Program-made: the position numbers and the translations under genes
The notes under the pieces: generated by a model
The model's database searches: none
Told to the model about the DNA's origin: nothing
The model's input: only the letters and a program-made list of their open reading frames with translations
From: Promethearchaeota archaeon
GTDB lineage: Archaea > Asgardarchaeota > Lokiarchaeia > Sigyniarchaeales > SOKP01
Reading direction: 5' to 3'
DNA length: 64,000 nt
Assembly: GCA_016840085.1 (NCBI GenBank)
Contig: JAEOTA010000073.1
Location: forward strand, 47,566 to 111,565
Part shown: positions 1 to 10,481 of the stretch, piece after piece
Position numbering within the stretch: the stretch's first letter is position 1
Layout of the letters: every line of letters begins with the position of its first letter

Positions 1-1
1 T

Positions 2-454
2 AATGAATTGCCCATTTTTAAGTAAAATATTAAAATTCTCATATTGAAATTCATAAAATTGATAGTTATTTTGATGATTTAAACTACCATTCGAAACATT
101 ACTTGTTTCTGAAAATGATATATTTGCTTGTATAAATCCTGTTAACAATTCTATATTTACACCTGCTCCTGAAATTGGATAACTAACGATAGATAAACCA
201 GAACCAATAGCTAATAATACTATATGTTTTAAGTTTAAAACATCCAAAAATTTCTGCCATATTAATTCTTGAGACATCCGAAGTCGTTTTTCTTCAGAAT
301 CAATTAATGTGATTTTTATATTTTGGCTAAGATCTAATCCTAATTTTTCAAGCTGATTTTTGACACATTCCATGCAGAAATCTGGATATTTATCACAATT
401 CTTTTTATCCAGTCCACAATCAAATCCTAATCGATTAAGCTGAAAATATACCAT
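2..454 (-). CDS. Cys-rich N-terminal motif + longin-like domain protein (partial, runs off window start; missing from ORF track)
   Basis: Manual translation from ATG at 454: MVYFQLNRLGFDCGLDKKNCDKYPDFCMECVKNQ...KFLDVLNLKHIVLLAIGSGLSIVSYP...ELLTGFIQANISFS...FYEFQYENFNILLKNGQFI, open to the window edge. It aligns by eye with the longin-like segment of 25663..27963 (ILNLDYLMVADKKSGLNVY...LISGFLQAIHQF...LDYANSIVL). Confidence 0.75.
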   Translation of the reverse strand, partial: MVYFQLNRLGFDCGLDKKNCDKYPDFCMECVKNQLEKLGLDLSQNIKITLIDSEEKRLRMSQELIWQKFLDVLNLKHIVLLAIGSGLSIVSYPISGAGVNIELLTGFIQANISFSETSNVSNGSLNHQNNYQFYEFQYENFNILLKNGQFI

Positions 455-870
455 TAAAATCGAATATTTTTTTATATTTACTATTTCGTTATTAGTTTAT
501 TTAAAGTATTAAGGGTTCAAGTAGTATTTTTCAAAATCCTCCATTAAATATAAGATTAATTTACAATTTTTATAACTTTTAAAATCTCTTAGTTTATGTG
601 ATGATATAACGAAAATTCTACGTTAAGAAAATATAAATTTAAAAATAAAGCTGTAGTAGTCCCTATAAAGTTTGATATTGCTAGTCTAAATTATATAAAT
701 TCATGAATCATCCCTTGAGTTTTAGCACTTTGATTAAATATTTCTTATTAAAGGTTTCTAAAACTTCTTAATTTATCAATATAGTAAGGGCCTCTGGAAT
801 TGTTTTTAGAATAATTTACGTTATTGTAATTAAAAAAATTTTTAATTAGCTTTTAATTTAAGCACTCAGA

Positions 871-1263
871 ATGCCGGATTTTGAAAAAGTAAAAGAGAAT
901 TATCAACCTCTTGAAGTTACTGCTAATTTTTTTGTATTATATAAGGATGAATCTACTTGGTTAGAGGGATGGATTTCCTTGGAAGATTCATTTGAAGAGT
1001 TTCTTTCAATTATTCAAGGTGAACTTGAATATTCATGGGATTTGCAATATGTTGACATGAGTGATTATATCACTTTCCATATAGACCTTCAAGATAAGAA
1101 TAAATTGAAGGAAATAAAAAATAATAAAGAGCTTAAGAGTGTAAGACAACTTGAAGAAATCTTTCTAGTGGTTTTGCATAAAGAGATTAAATATCGTATT
1201 ATTGAGAATCTCCCAGTTGTATTTGAATGGTTTATGGAAACTTATGATCCAAGAGCAATCTAA
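871..1263 (+). CDS. hypothetical protein
   Basis: 130-aa ORF with normal composition and no recognised motif. Confidence 0.6.
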   Translation: MPDFEKVKENYQPLEVTANFFVLYKDESTWLEGWISLEDSFEEFLSIIQGELEYSWDLQYVDMSDYITFHIDLQDKNKLKEIKNNKELKSVRQLEEIFLVVLHKEIKYRIIENLPVVFEWFMETYDPRAI

Positions 1264-1320
1264 ATTACAATTTACATGCCTACTAATGCTTTACTAAAAT
1301 AAACTAGTTGATTATAACAA

Positions 1321-1857
1321 TTATTTTCTAGAGATTTTATACATTTCTGAAGTTAATTTCTTGAATACATCATTAACACTTATACCTGTTTTAGCACTTG
1401 TTTCATAATATGCACACGCATCTAAATGCTGTCTTAAACTATCAGAATCTTGATCAGTTATTAGTTTTTCTTCAGAGTTAACTAAATCGAGTTTATTTCC
1501 CACTAAGACATTCGGTAAAAAGCCGATTGAATTCTCTACTTCTTTTTTCCATCCAACAATATCTTCAAATGTGTTTTTTCTTGATAAATCAAACACATAT
1601 ACTATACCTTTCGCACCTTTATAAAACACATGTCTTACCCATTTAAAATGCTCCTGGCCCGCTAAATCCCATATTTGCAAAGTTATTAAATTCTTAACAT
1701 TTGGGATTTTAAGGTGTTTTACAAAAAAATGGGAACCAATTGTAGATGTTACATTAGGGTTAAATCTCTTATCTAAATATTGGTGAAGTAGAGTTGTTTT
1801 GCCTACTCCAAAATTACCAACAATACAAATTTTATAAAAAAAACTTGGTACTCCCAT
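1321..1857 (-). CDS. Rab-like small GTPase
   Basis: G1 GNFGVGKT, G3 WDLAGQE, G4 NKLD, G5 SAK. No C-terminal Cys prenylation motif. Confidence 0.95.
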   Translation of the reverse strand: MGVPSFFYKICIVGNFGVGKTTLLHQYLDKRFNPNVTSTIGSHFFVKHLKIPNVKNLITLQIWDLAGQEHFKWVRHVFYKGAKGIVYVFDLSRKNTFEDIVGWKKEVENSIGFLPNVLVGNKLDLVNSEEKLITDQDSDSLRQHLDACAYYETSAKTGISVNDVFKKLTSEMYKISRK

Positions 1858-2104
1858 TTTTTATATTATTAAACTGTGATTTTAATAAATCATAATTTTT
1901 AAGTATATATTCTTATCTTTTGCTTTTAGAATTTGGTAATAAATGATAAATAATTTAAATTTTTTCTTTCTTAATCTTTCACATTTCTTTTTTTTTTTTG
2001 GATTTCTTAAATATTAGTTTGTAATGTCAAAATATAATAAAGAAATACTAAAATTTAAAAAAAACGATCAAATATGTAAAGATAGGGGCATCTGCTCCAC
2101 AATA

Positions 2105-2334
2105 ATTAATTATCCGGGAAAAAGTTTTTAAATTGGATGTGGAATCTATTTTTGGGCATTTTAGAATAGATATTTACTATAATAGAAAACAAGAATAGGT
2201 TAAAAGTTCCCAAAGTAAATCATGATACAATTAGACCAAGCGTAGATGAAATGTCGAAGGTTAAATATATTTTGGAAGATGCAGGATTGAAGAAAGTAAG
2301 AGTTCAAAGATCTAAAGGTCATAGTGGACTATGA
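2105..2334 (+). pseudogene. possible degraded 3' remnant of a radical SAM (PFL-activase-like) gene
   Basis: Open segment 2170..2334 reads ...DTIRPSVDEMSKVKYILEDAGLKKVRVQRSKGHSGL*, with broken upstream pieces (NYPG.. IGCGI). It resembles from memory the C-terminus of archaeal activase-like radical SAM proteins. No intact start or CxxxCxxC. Confidence 0.35.
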
Positions 2335-2375
2335 GACTAGAAGATTTATAAACAAGAAAAATTAAAATGTAGATC

Positions 2376-4460
2376 ATGTCACCAATTAATAATTTTTATA
2401 AAAAAATCAATTCTGAACTTGTATTATTAACAATAATATTTCTTTTCTTCTTTCAATTGATCTCAGATTTCGTTGAAGCTGTATATATGTTAGAGCTTTT
2501 AAAACTAGCAATGGATGAAAAAGCACTCGCAATGGCATTTTTTTTATCACCCTTTGTTCTTTTAATTTTTAAGAATAAAATTCCAAATTATTTTCTTGAA
2601 ATTGTAGCTGTTATAATAGTTTTTACCCGTGTGATTAATCCTTTAATAGATACAGCATACAAAATTATTTGTGCAGGATTCGGAGTAGGTGCTTTTATGC
2701 TTTTCTTTCCTGTGTATTTTTCAGAAAGTTTCAAGGAAGATGGAGAAAAAGTGAGTTTGAGGTTGGGCGTAGCGCTAGCTTTAGCTGTTTTACTTTCAAT
2801 TACATTTAGAGCACTTAATTCAACGATCGATATTTCTACATATAATTATTTTCAATTTATTGGGTGGATTCTAGCAGGGATTGCTATTCTCTCAATAATA
2901 GGTCGACTAAAAACCAAAAGTAATGGAGAATTTACATATCCTACTAGTGAGCAAAAAAATGTTTCTACAGGAGAGCTAAAATTGGAGGAAAGAAAAGGTT
3001 CAAAAATGATATATCCATTAGTTTTAGGACTTACAAGTGCATTAATTATAAATTACTTTGCTTTTAGTAGTCCAACTGTCATTTCAAGATGGACTGGAGG
3101 AAATTATATAGCGATTACAATTGTTGTAGCTGTAATGATTTCTTTATCTATATTAGTCTTAACTATGAAACCTGAAATCATTAAGAAGTTAAAACCTTGG
3201 ATGTTGTGGCTTTGGAATATTTTTTTCATAATTTCAGTTGTTTTAACTATTGCAGTGCATACATTTCCATTTCCTGCTAATCCTGATTCAGCTCCTGTTA
3301 TTATAGATCATCCAGCTCCTTGGTTTTATTACATCCCATTAGGTGTAATGATAATATCATTACCGATAGTTTTTATTGATGTTATTTGCTTATCTAGAGA
3401 AGTTATTGAGCAACGTGCGAGTCCATCTAAATTAGGTAAAGCATTTGGATTAGGAGGTTTATTCATTCTCCTCATGTCATTGATACTAATTTTCACATAT
3501 GTTTGGGGATATGTAGATCCTGTGAGTCCAATCTTTCGTAATTTATTCTGGCTTCCATTTTTGTTAGTTGTTATAACAATTCCTACTAAAGGAATATTTC
3601 GCAAAAATTCATTAAAATTCACAGCATTATTTTCAAGTCGCAATGAAAAATTAGTGATAGGTGGATTCTTGGCAATCTTATTACTTGGTACTACAATATC
3701 TGTATCTCTTTATGAACCTTATCGTAAATATCCTGAAGGAGGAACCATAACGTCCCTTAAAATTCTTACATATAACGTCCAACAAGGCGTTAATATGAGT
3801 GGTGAAAAGAATTATGATAAACAATTGGCTCTTATTAAAGAAGTGAGTCCGGATATTATAGGTTTAATAGAGTGTGACGTCGCGAGACTTTCTGGTGGAA
3901 ATACAGATATTGTACGTTATTTCGTCAACCGATTAACAGGATTAAACTACTTTTCATTTTATGGGCCTAAAACAGTTACAGGAACATATGGGGCTGCTGT
4001 ATTGTCCAAATATCCAATTATTAGGGGAAAAACAATTTTTACGTATAGTGACGAAGATGAAATTGGTACTACTGAGGTTAAAATTAAAGTGGATGGTATA
4101 ATCTTCAATGTATATATAAACCATCCTTCTGGAAGTGATGATGTTAAACTAGCTCATATGGAAACACTGATGGATCGCATAGAAGGGAAAGATTATGTAA
4201 TCTCAATGGGAGATTTCAATACTCGAGAAGGTTCACTTTATTATAATATGTCAGTTGCTGTATTGCAGGATGTTTGGTTAACAAAATGGCCAACAGGAAT
4301 AGATAATAATGGTGTTGGGGTGGATAAACTGCGTGAAGTATTCGATCAGGATAGAATCGATCATATATTTGTATCTAATAATTTTAATATCACAATGGCA
4401 CGATACATTTTAGACCCACAGTCTGATCACCCCGCACTATGGGCAGTTATTGAGTGGTAA
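2376..4460 (+). CDS. multi-pass membrane protein with C-terminal endonuclease/exonuclease/phosphatase domain (Cwh43/PGAP2IP-like)
   Basis: About 12-13 hydrophobic segments followed by EEP motifs TYNVQQG, DIIGLIE, GAAVLSKYPI, MGDFN, RIDHIF, SDH. Confidence 0.85.
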   Translation: MSPINNFYKKINSELVLLTIIFLFFFQLISDFVEAVYMLELLKLAMDEKALAMAFFLSPFVLLIFKNKIPNYFLEIVAVIIVFTRVINPLIDTAYKIICAGFGVGAFMLFFPVYFSESFKEDGEKVSLRLGVALALAVLLSITFRALNSTIDISTYNYFQFIGWILAGIAILSIIGRLKTKSNGEFTYPTSEQKNVSTGELKLEERKGSKMIYPLVLGLTSALIINYFAFSSPTVISRWTGGNYIAITIVVAVMISLSILVLTMKPEIIKKLKPWMLWLWNIFFIISVVLTIAVHTFPFPANPDSAPVIIDHPAPWFYYIPLGVMIISLPIVFIDVICLSREVIEQRASPSKLGKAFGLGGLFILLMSLILIFTYVWGYVDPVSPIFRNLFWLPFLLVVITIPTKGIFRKNSLKFTALFSSRNEKLVIGGFLAILLLGTTISVSLYEPYRKYPEGGTITSLKILTYNVQQGVNMSGEKNYDKQLALIKEVSPDIIGLIECDVARLSGGNTDIVRYFVNRLTGLNYFSFYGPKTVTGTYGAAVLSKYPIIRGKTIFTYSDEDEIGTTEVKIKVDGIIFNVYINHPSGSDDVKLAHMETLMDRIEGKDYVISMGDFNTREGSLYYNMSVAVLQDVWLTKWPTGIDNNGVGVDKLREVFDQDRIDHIFVSNNFNITMARYILDPQSDHPALWAVIEW

Positions 4461-4519
4461 AGTTATCTGGTTAAGTTCTTATAAAATTAATTAATAATCA
4501 TTACTTTTTTTTTAAATAT

Positions 4520-5206
4520 ATGAATATGGATTCATCGTTTGAAATTAATATCGTATTTGATGATAAATGTCCTAAACCTGGATTTTTACCTGGTTTTGGA
4601 TTCTCTGTGTTGATATATAACCATTTCACAGAAAATTTCTCTTTATTTGATACAGGCGGGAATGGGAATATTTTAATCCATAATATTGAACAATTTAATG
4701 TGAATACTTCAGCTATAAAAAATGTTATAATTTCACATAATCATCATGACCACGCAGGAGGTTTAGATAAAATACTTCAAATTAATCCTAATATAGAGAT
4801 TTATGTGCCTATAGCTCATGTGAAGTCTTATTTAAGAAGATATTCAGGGTATAAAGTTCATGGATTCTCTGAATTAAAAGAAATAGAAAAAAATTTTATG
4901 ATTTCAGGTGAAATCAAAGGAAATTTTATCTCAGAACAAGCAGTTTTCTTAAAAACTATCCATGATGAATTAATTATACTAGTAGGATGCTCACATCCAG
5001 GAGTAGAGCAGTTTATATTGATAGCTCAAAAACTCGGAAATATAAAAGCCATTATTGGAGGATTTCATGGTTTTCGAAAGCTCTCATATTTAGAAAACAT
5101 TGATTTTATCGGTGCGTGCCATTGTACACAGCATTTAAAATTAATTAAAGAGACATTTCCCGACCAATTTAAACGCATCTGCCTTGGAGATAATTATCTC
5201 TTTTGA
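4520..5206 (+). CDS. MBL-fold metallo-hydrolase (COG1237-type)
   Basis: LFDTG, SHNHHDHAGG, GCSHPG, GGFHG and CHCT motifs. Confidence 0.85.
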   Translation: MNMDSSFEINIVFDDKCPKPGFLPGFGFSVLIYNHFTENFSLFDTGGNGNILIHNIEQFNVNTSAIKNVIISHNHHDHAGGLDKILQINPNIEIYVPIAHVKSYLRRYSGYKVHGFSELKEIEKNFMISGEIKGNFISEQAVFLKTIHDELIILVGCSHPGVEQFILIAQKLGNIKAIIGGFHGFRKLSYLENIDFIGACHCTQHLKLIKETFPDQFKRICLGDNYLF

Positions 5207-5574
5207 ATATACTGAATCTTTACTAGTAAATATGAGGAAGTAATTTTTTTCTTCCACTCATATCTATTTCATATTCCTTTTTGAATTCAAGAAAAAGTTT
5301 TTTAAGTTTAAAGTCTATTATCTCTTTTTTTTTCATCTTTATTATATTAGGAGCTTTTGCCTTTGAATTTGAGACTTTTGAAATTAGAATAAAGATATTG
5401 CATACTAGAATTTATATGCAGATTATTAATTTAGGGTTTTTGGCTTAGAAATTCTCTACATCATCCTTTAGTATAAATTGTTTAAAGAGTATTTTTAGAT
5501 AAATTAGGGATGACTAAAAAGTTTAAAAATAATGAAGAATAATATATTTAATAAGAATATTTAGGTGAAAAAGT

Positions 5575-6135
5575 ATGGAATTATTTCCTGCCTTATCAAT
5601 TGGATGGCTTAATGGTTGGATTTTTCAAGTAATATTCTTTACTTTATTTGGGATCTTTTTATTAATTTGTTCAAAGGAGGTAATTTCACGGCTTTATGAT
5701 GAAGTTGGATGGACTAAATTGCAGAAAACCTTATCTAAAATCGCGAAAATATTTGGTTTAATTACTCTTCTATTATTTATTTTTACTCCGTTGAATATTG
5801 GCTCTATTGAGTTTATTGTTGGAACTGCTCTAATAATTATTGGAACAATAGGATTTCTTATAGCGCTTATCAATTTTAAAAATTCACCGCTTAATAAACC
5901 AATAACTATTGGATTATATAAATTATCTCGTAATCCGCAATTAATGATGATGTATTTGTTATCAATAGGAAATTGTTTAGCAATTGGTTCTTGGACTGCA
6001 TTTTTCACCTTTGGTTTATCAATTTTATTTGGTCACTTTCGAATTTTAGGAGAAGAAAAAAGGCTTACGGAGCAGTATGGTGAATCATATTTAAAATATA
6101 AGAAAAAAGTTGCCCGATATTTTATATTTTTTTAA
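5575..6135 (+). CDS. isoprenylcysteine carboxyl methyltransferase / PEMT family membrane methyltransferase
   Basis: ITIGLYKLSRNP, EEKRL..YGESY..Y...V.RY, multiple TMs; GGTGA SD upstream. Confidence 0.85.
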   Translation: MELFPALSIGWLNGWIFQVIFFTLFGIFLLICSKEVISRLYDEVGWTKLQKTLSKIAKIFGLITLLLFIFTPLNIGSIEFIVGTALIIIGTIGFLIALINFKNSPLNKPITIGLYKLSRNPQLMMMYLLSIGNCLAIGSWTAFFTFGLSILFGHFRILGEEKRLTEQYGESYLKYKKKVARYFIFF

Positions 6136-6152
6136 AAAAAAGAGATGAAAAT

Positions 6153-6713
6153 ATGGAATTAGTAACCAGATTTGGAATAGGATGGTTAAATGGTTGGCTT
6201 CCTTTAGTAATTTATGTTTCGATACAAACTATTATAACATTTACATGCCCAAAAGAAGTAAGAACAAGATTAATCGATAGGAAAGGATGGACAAAAACAC
6301 AAATAGCCATGACAGCAATAGGGAAATCATTTACTCTTATAAATATTATTTTATTATTTCTTTCACCATTAAAATTTGGTTCTGTTGAATTTATTATCGG
6401 AATTATTTTATATTTTATAGGAATAATAGCTTTGAGTATTGCTATAATTAACTTTAAAAATGCACCTTTAGGAAAACCAATCACTACTGGATTTTATAAA
6501 ATATCCCGTAATCCACAATTAATTAGTATTTATATTATTTTTCTTGGACATATACTTATGATAGGGTCATGGATATCGCTAATTATACTTCTAGTTTCGA
6601 TTTCCGGATCACATTTTAGTATTTTAGGAGAAGAAAAAAGACTTAAAAATCAATATGGTGAATCATATCTAAAATATAAGAAAAAAGTTCCACGATATTT
6701 TATATTTTTTTAG
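6153..6713 (+). CDS. ICMT/PEMT family membrane methyltransferase (tandem paralog)
   Basis: ITTGFYKISRNP, EEKRLKNQYGESY..YKKKVPRY; same length (186 aa) and colinear with the preceding gene. Confidence 0.85.
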   Translation: MELVTRFGIGWLNGWLPLVIYVSIQTIITFTCPKEVRTRLIDRKGWTKTQIAMTAIGKSFTLINIILLFLSPLKFGSVEFIIGIILYFIGIIALSIAIINFKNAPLGKPITTGFYKISRNPQLISIYIIFLGHILMIGSWISLIILLVSISGSHFSILGEEKRLKNQYGESYLKYKKKVPRYFIFF

Positions 6714-6761
6714 AATAGGAAAAAAAGTAAATCTTCAAATTAAAATTAGTGAATATACATA

Positions 6762-7373
6762 ATGGAAACAATATTTATAAAAAATTTTTTTATTATTTCG
6801 ATATTTTTATTTCTAATTGGTTTTTTTTGGCCTCTTATTATAGTAAAAAAAAGTGGAAAAAACCCTCATGGTACTCATAAAGGAGCTTCTGTTTTAACCA
6901 GGCTTAGTTCTGTGTCTATATTTTTATGGTTAGGTTTTATTATTTCCTATATATTTTTTAATTATATATTAGAGAGATTTTTACGATTTGAATTCTTGTC
7001 TAATGACTTTTTGGTTTTAACTGGTATGATTATTATATCAATAGGTTTTATATTTGAAATACTAGGAATTCTAGCACTTGGGATTAACTTTAGGATTGAA
7101 TTGCCCACAGATGATACGGAACTTATTACTTCAGGAATTTATAGAGTGATGAGAAATCCTATTGTTTTTGGAATTTTTTTACTCGTTATTGGGTCGTTTT
7201 TAATTATACCAACGGGAATTACACTATTAATAGGGATATTCAATATCTTTACCTTTAATTCAAAAGCTATTGCTGAAGAAAAATATTTGCTTAGTAAATT
7301 TGGTGAGGATTATAGAAATTATAAGAATTCAGTAGGAAGATATCTACCATTTAGGATAGCAAAAAAAATTTAA
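6762..7373 (+). CDS. ICMT/PEMT family membrane methyltransferase
   Basis: LITSGIYRVMRNP, EEKYL..KFGEDY..Y...VGRYLP. Confidence 0.85.
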   Translation: METIFIKNFFIISIFLFLIGFFWPLIIVKKSGKNPHGTHKGASVLTRLSSVSIFLWLGFIISYIFFNYILERFLRFEFLSNDFLVLTGMIIISIGFIFEILGILALGINFRIELPTDDTELITSGIYRVMRNPIVFGIFLLVIGSFLIIPTGITLLIGIFNIFTFNSKAIAEEKYLLSKFGEDYRNYKNSVGRYLPFRIAKKI

Positions 7374-7404
7374 AATACTATTTTGAAATTATGGTGGTGA
7401 AATT

Positions 7405-8331
7405 ATGAAAATTCTAATATATGGTGCGGGGGTATTAGGTAGTCTTTATACTGCGAAGTTATCTGAATTTGGTTATGATGTTTCGATATTAGCTCGAGGA
7501 CAGCGTTTAAAAGATATTAACACTCATGGAATTGTATTGAATAACATATTAAGTAAAGAGAAAACTACTACAGAGGTAAAAACTGTTGAAAGTTTAAAAC
7601 CAGATGATTTTTATGATTTGGTAATAGTGATTATGAGAAAAAATCAAGTTGAATCAATTTTGCCAATTTTAGCTAATAACAAAAACACTCCTACAATTCT
7701 ATTTTTAGGTAATAACGCTAAAGGGGCTAAAGAATATATTGAAGCTTTAGGTCCTGATCGCGTATTATTAGGATTTCCCGGAGCAGGAGGGTATTTTGAA
7801 GATCATGAGATTCGATGCTTATTTTCAAAGAAAAACAAAATAACAATTGGTGAACCTAGTTGTGAGCTAACACCACGTATAAAAGAACTTAAATCTGTAT
7901 TCGAAAAAGCAAAATTAAAAGTAGATATTAATGAAAATGTCGATGCATGGTTAAAAACACATGTAGCTTTTGTTATTCCATTAGTTTGTGCTCTTTACAA
8001 GTGTGATACTGATATTTATCTATTAGCTGAGAATAAGGATGCACTTAAATTATTTATTCATGGTTTTAAAGAAGCGCTTGTAGCATTAAATAAGTTGAAT
8101 ATTCCTATATTACCCAATAGAATGAGAAAAATAGGGAAAATACCTGAATGGTTATTGCTCTTTTTAATGAAAAAAAGATTTAAAACTGAATTAGCCAAAA
8201 TTGCAATTGAGGGTCATGCTCGAGTTGCGCGAGACGAGATGAGTTACCTGGGAAAAGAGCTTAAAGAACTAATAGACTCATCTGGAAGATCTACTCCACA
8301 TCTCGATAAACTTTTTAGCTATTTACTATAA
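7405..8331 (+). CDS. ketopantoate reductase (ApbA/PanE) family protein
   Basis: N-terminal KILIYGAGVLG Rossmann motif, YDLVIV, FLGNN, GFPG, WLKTH. Confidence 0.8.
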   Translation: MKILIYGAGVLGSLYTAKLSEFGYDVSILARGQRLKDINTHGIVLNNILSKEKTTTEVKTVESLKPDDFYDLVIVIMRKNQVESILPILANNKNTPTILFLGNNAKGAKEYIEALGPDRVLLGFPGAGGYFEDHEIRCLFSKKNKITIGEPSCELTPRIKELKSVFEKAKLKVDINENVDAWLKTHVAFVIPLVCALYKCDTDIYLLAENKDALKLFIHGFKEALVALNKLNIPILPNRMRKIGKIPEWLLLFLMKKRFKTELAKIAIEGHARVARDEMSYLGKELKELIDSSGRSTPHLDKLFSYLL

Positions 8332-8488
8332 GAATCATGAAATTTTTGATTCTATAAATTGATATCAATTTATGCTTAATTTTTTTATTTATATTTTAGC
8401 GAACTCTTGGGATTTTATAATCCAAACAAAGAAATGTATAGATTTTCATTTTACTATAATTATAATAGACAAAAATAATAAGGCGAAA

Positions 8489-9730
8489 TTAGTGTTCTCC
8501 TCTATTAACATTTCGTGAAATATATGTTAGAAGAGCTAGAACAATAAGCCCAAAAATCATAATAAATACATGTATTGAGTATAAATATATTTCAACGGCG
8601 TATCCTGCTATGATAGGAGTTAAACCAAAGCCAATCCCTACTAAAACTTCATTGATGGTTGAATATTTAGTGGAATTTTCCGCAGTTCCGTATTCTAGCA
8701 TAATTTTCATGCAAGTTCCATGAATTAAACCTAAGAAAAGACCTACAAAAGCTGTTATTATTGAAATATACCATATGTTTCCAAGGAGAACAAAACTAAA
8801 TGCAACTATGGGAACTGTTATCAAGCCTATGAGTGATGCTATTTTTCTATTATAGATATTCATTGAATTAATCCATGTTAAGCCAACGAGTTGCATTGAT
8901 TGTAGCCCGCATTGTACAAGATATGATAAATAGGAGGGACTCCCAAAAGCCTTCAAAAGAATAGGATAGCCAAAAATAAAAACTGATTTTGAGGTTGCTA
9001 AAAACATTATACCTATCCATGAAAATAATATTGGGTATATAATCATAGGGGTATGCGAATTAATCAACATATCCTGTTTGATATCTAAGTGAGAAATGGG
9101 ATCTTCTGTTTGAAATTTTGTGATTTCGATTGAGATAGGGTCTGATGATTCTTTTTTTATGAAAAAACTTATAGGAATTAATAGAAAGGATAATAACCAA
9201 GATATAACCATGGCAAAATAATCACTCCATGTAAAAGCCCAGACAAAACCAACAAGAAGACCACTTATAAAACCAACATTCCAAGAGAAATTAAAATTTT
9301 TAAAATTTTTCTTAGATCTTTCAACACTACTTATTTGTTGCCACTTACTTAATATATTCATACAATTTGGCCAGAAAATTCCCAATGATAACCCCAATAG
9401 TACGCGACATAAAATTAAAAACCATAGTTCAGGGATAAGTATTTGAGCCCCTGTTAAAATTGGGGTAAGTATAGAAGATAAAATAAGCGAATTCCGAATT
9501 CCGAGCTTCGAAGTGATTACTTGCCCTAATACAGGAGCAAAGATATAAGATACAGCGCCCGCTGAAGATATAAAACCTAGAGTGCTCTCATGGACATCCA
9601 TAACAAAATAAAGATAATTTTGAAGAGCTCTTTCAAAAATAGAAACATAAAACAACCTTACAAACGAAAGCATAAATACTGGCCAAACACGATAACTTTG
9701 TGATGAGTTTGGTTTATTTGATAAAGCCAT
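8489..9730 (-). CDS. MFS transporter
   Basis: About 12 TM helices in 6+6 arrangement with a central loop; RVLLGLSLG motif. Confidence 0.8.
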   Translation of the reverse strand: MALSNKPNSSQSYRVWPVFMLSFVRLFYVSIFERALQNYLYFVMDVHESTLGFISSAGAVSYIFAPVLGQVITSKLGIRNSLILSSILTPILTGAQILIPELWFLILCRVLLGLSLGIFWPNCMNILSKWQQISSVERSKKNFKNFNFSWNVGFISGLLVGFVWAFTWSDYFAMVISWLLSFLLIPISFFIKKESSDPISIEITKFQTEDPISHLDIKQDMLINSHTPMIIYPILFSWIGIMFLATSKSVFIFGYPILLKAFGSPSYLSYLVQCGLQSMQLVGLTWINSMNIYNRKIASLIGLITVPIVAFSFVLLGNIWYISIITAFVGLFLGLIHGTCMKIMLEYGTAENSTKYSTINEVLVGIGFGLTPIIAGYAVEIYLYSIHVFIMIFGLIVLALLTYISRNVNRGEH

Positions 9731-9892
9731 AGTATTATACCTTCACCTATTTTGCAGTGAAATAATACTTTCCTCAAATAGTTTGTTAAATTTATAAAAC
9801 AATATTTAAGGTATTTAAATTCGATCTGGAATACAATTTTTTAATATTAACAAAAAATAGAATAAATTATCAATATTTTTTCTACCAATAAT

Positions 9893-10363
9893 ATGCCAGA
9901 TACTAATTTTACGTCTCTAAAGATTAATCTTATTGAACAAACAAATAATTTAATAGCCAGCTATGAGAAAAAAGCAGAATGTGGAATATTTTTTACATTG
10001 AATGAAGATAAATCCCCTTTAGATATTATTGGTGTATTAGATTTTTTGAAGTATAAGATTAAAAAATGGGGAAATACAAACATATTTAGCTATATTGGTA
10101 ATTTGTTTGAAGATAGTACTGTTCTTGTTGTTGGAGCACGTGATAATGAGGAAGCAAAAAGCATAATCATATATATGTTATTATCTAAGATTCTGTCTAA
10201 AAATAACAAAATTGATGATTTTTTAGAAAATCAAGGTTCTTATAATGATCTTGAGCAATTTTTAAACACTGAATTTACTAAAAATATAAAAATTGGTTAT
10301 CCTATTGCCCCACATTTGGAAAAAAAGTTAAAAGAGCATTTAGAAAAATTGATTATGAGTTAA
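9893..10363 (+). CDS. hypothetical protein
   Basis: 156-aa ORF, no recognised motif. Confidence 0.6.
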   Translation: MPDTNFTSLKINLIEQTNNLIASYEKKAECGIFFTLNEDKSPLDIIGVLDFLKYKIKKWGNTNIFSYIGNLFEDSTVLVVGARDNEEAKSIIIYMLLSKILSKNNKIDDFLENQGSYNDLEQFLNTEFTKNIKIGYPIAPHLEKKLKEHLEKLIMS

Positions 10364-10481
10364 AAGATAGTAAATTTCTTTTTTTTTGCTATTATATCAT
10401 AAACCTTATATCAATGAAATACTTAAAAATCACAATTGGTACAGTTTATTCTAATGTACTCAATTTGTTTAGGTTTTTTCA

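Noticed and set aside
1321-7373. Idea that the ICMT-like enzymes methylate the nearby Rab-like GTPase
   Set aside because: The GTPase ends in MYKISRK with no C-terminal Cys, so there is no prenylcysteine substrate.
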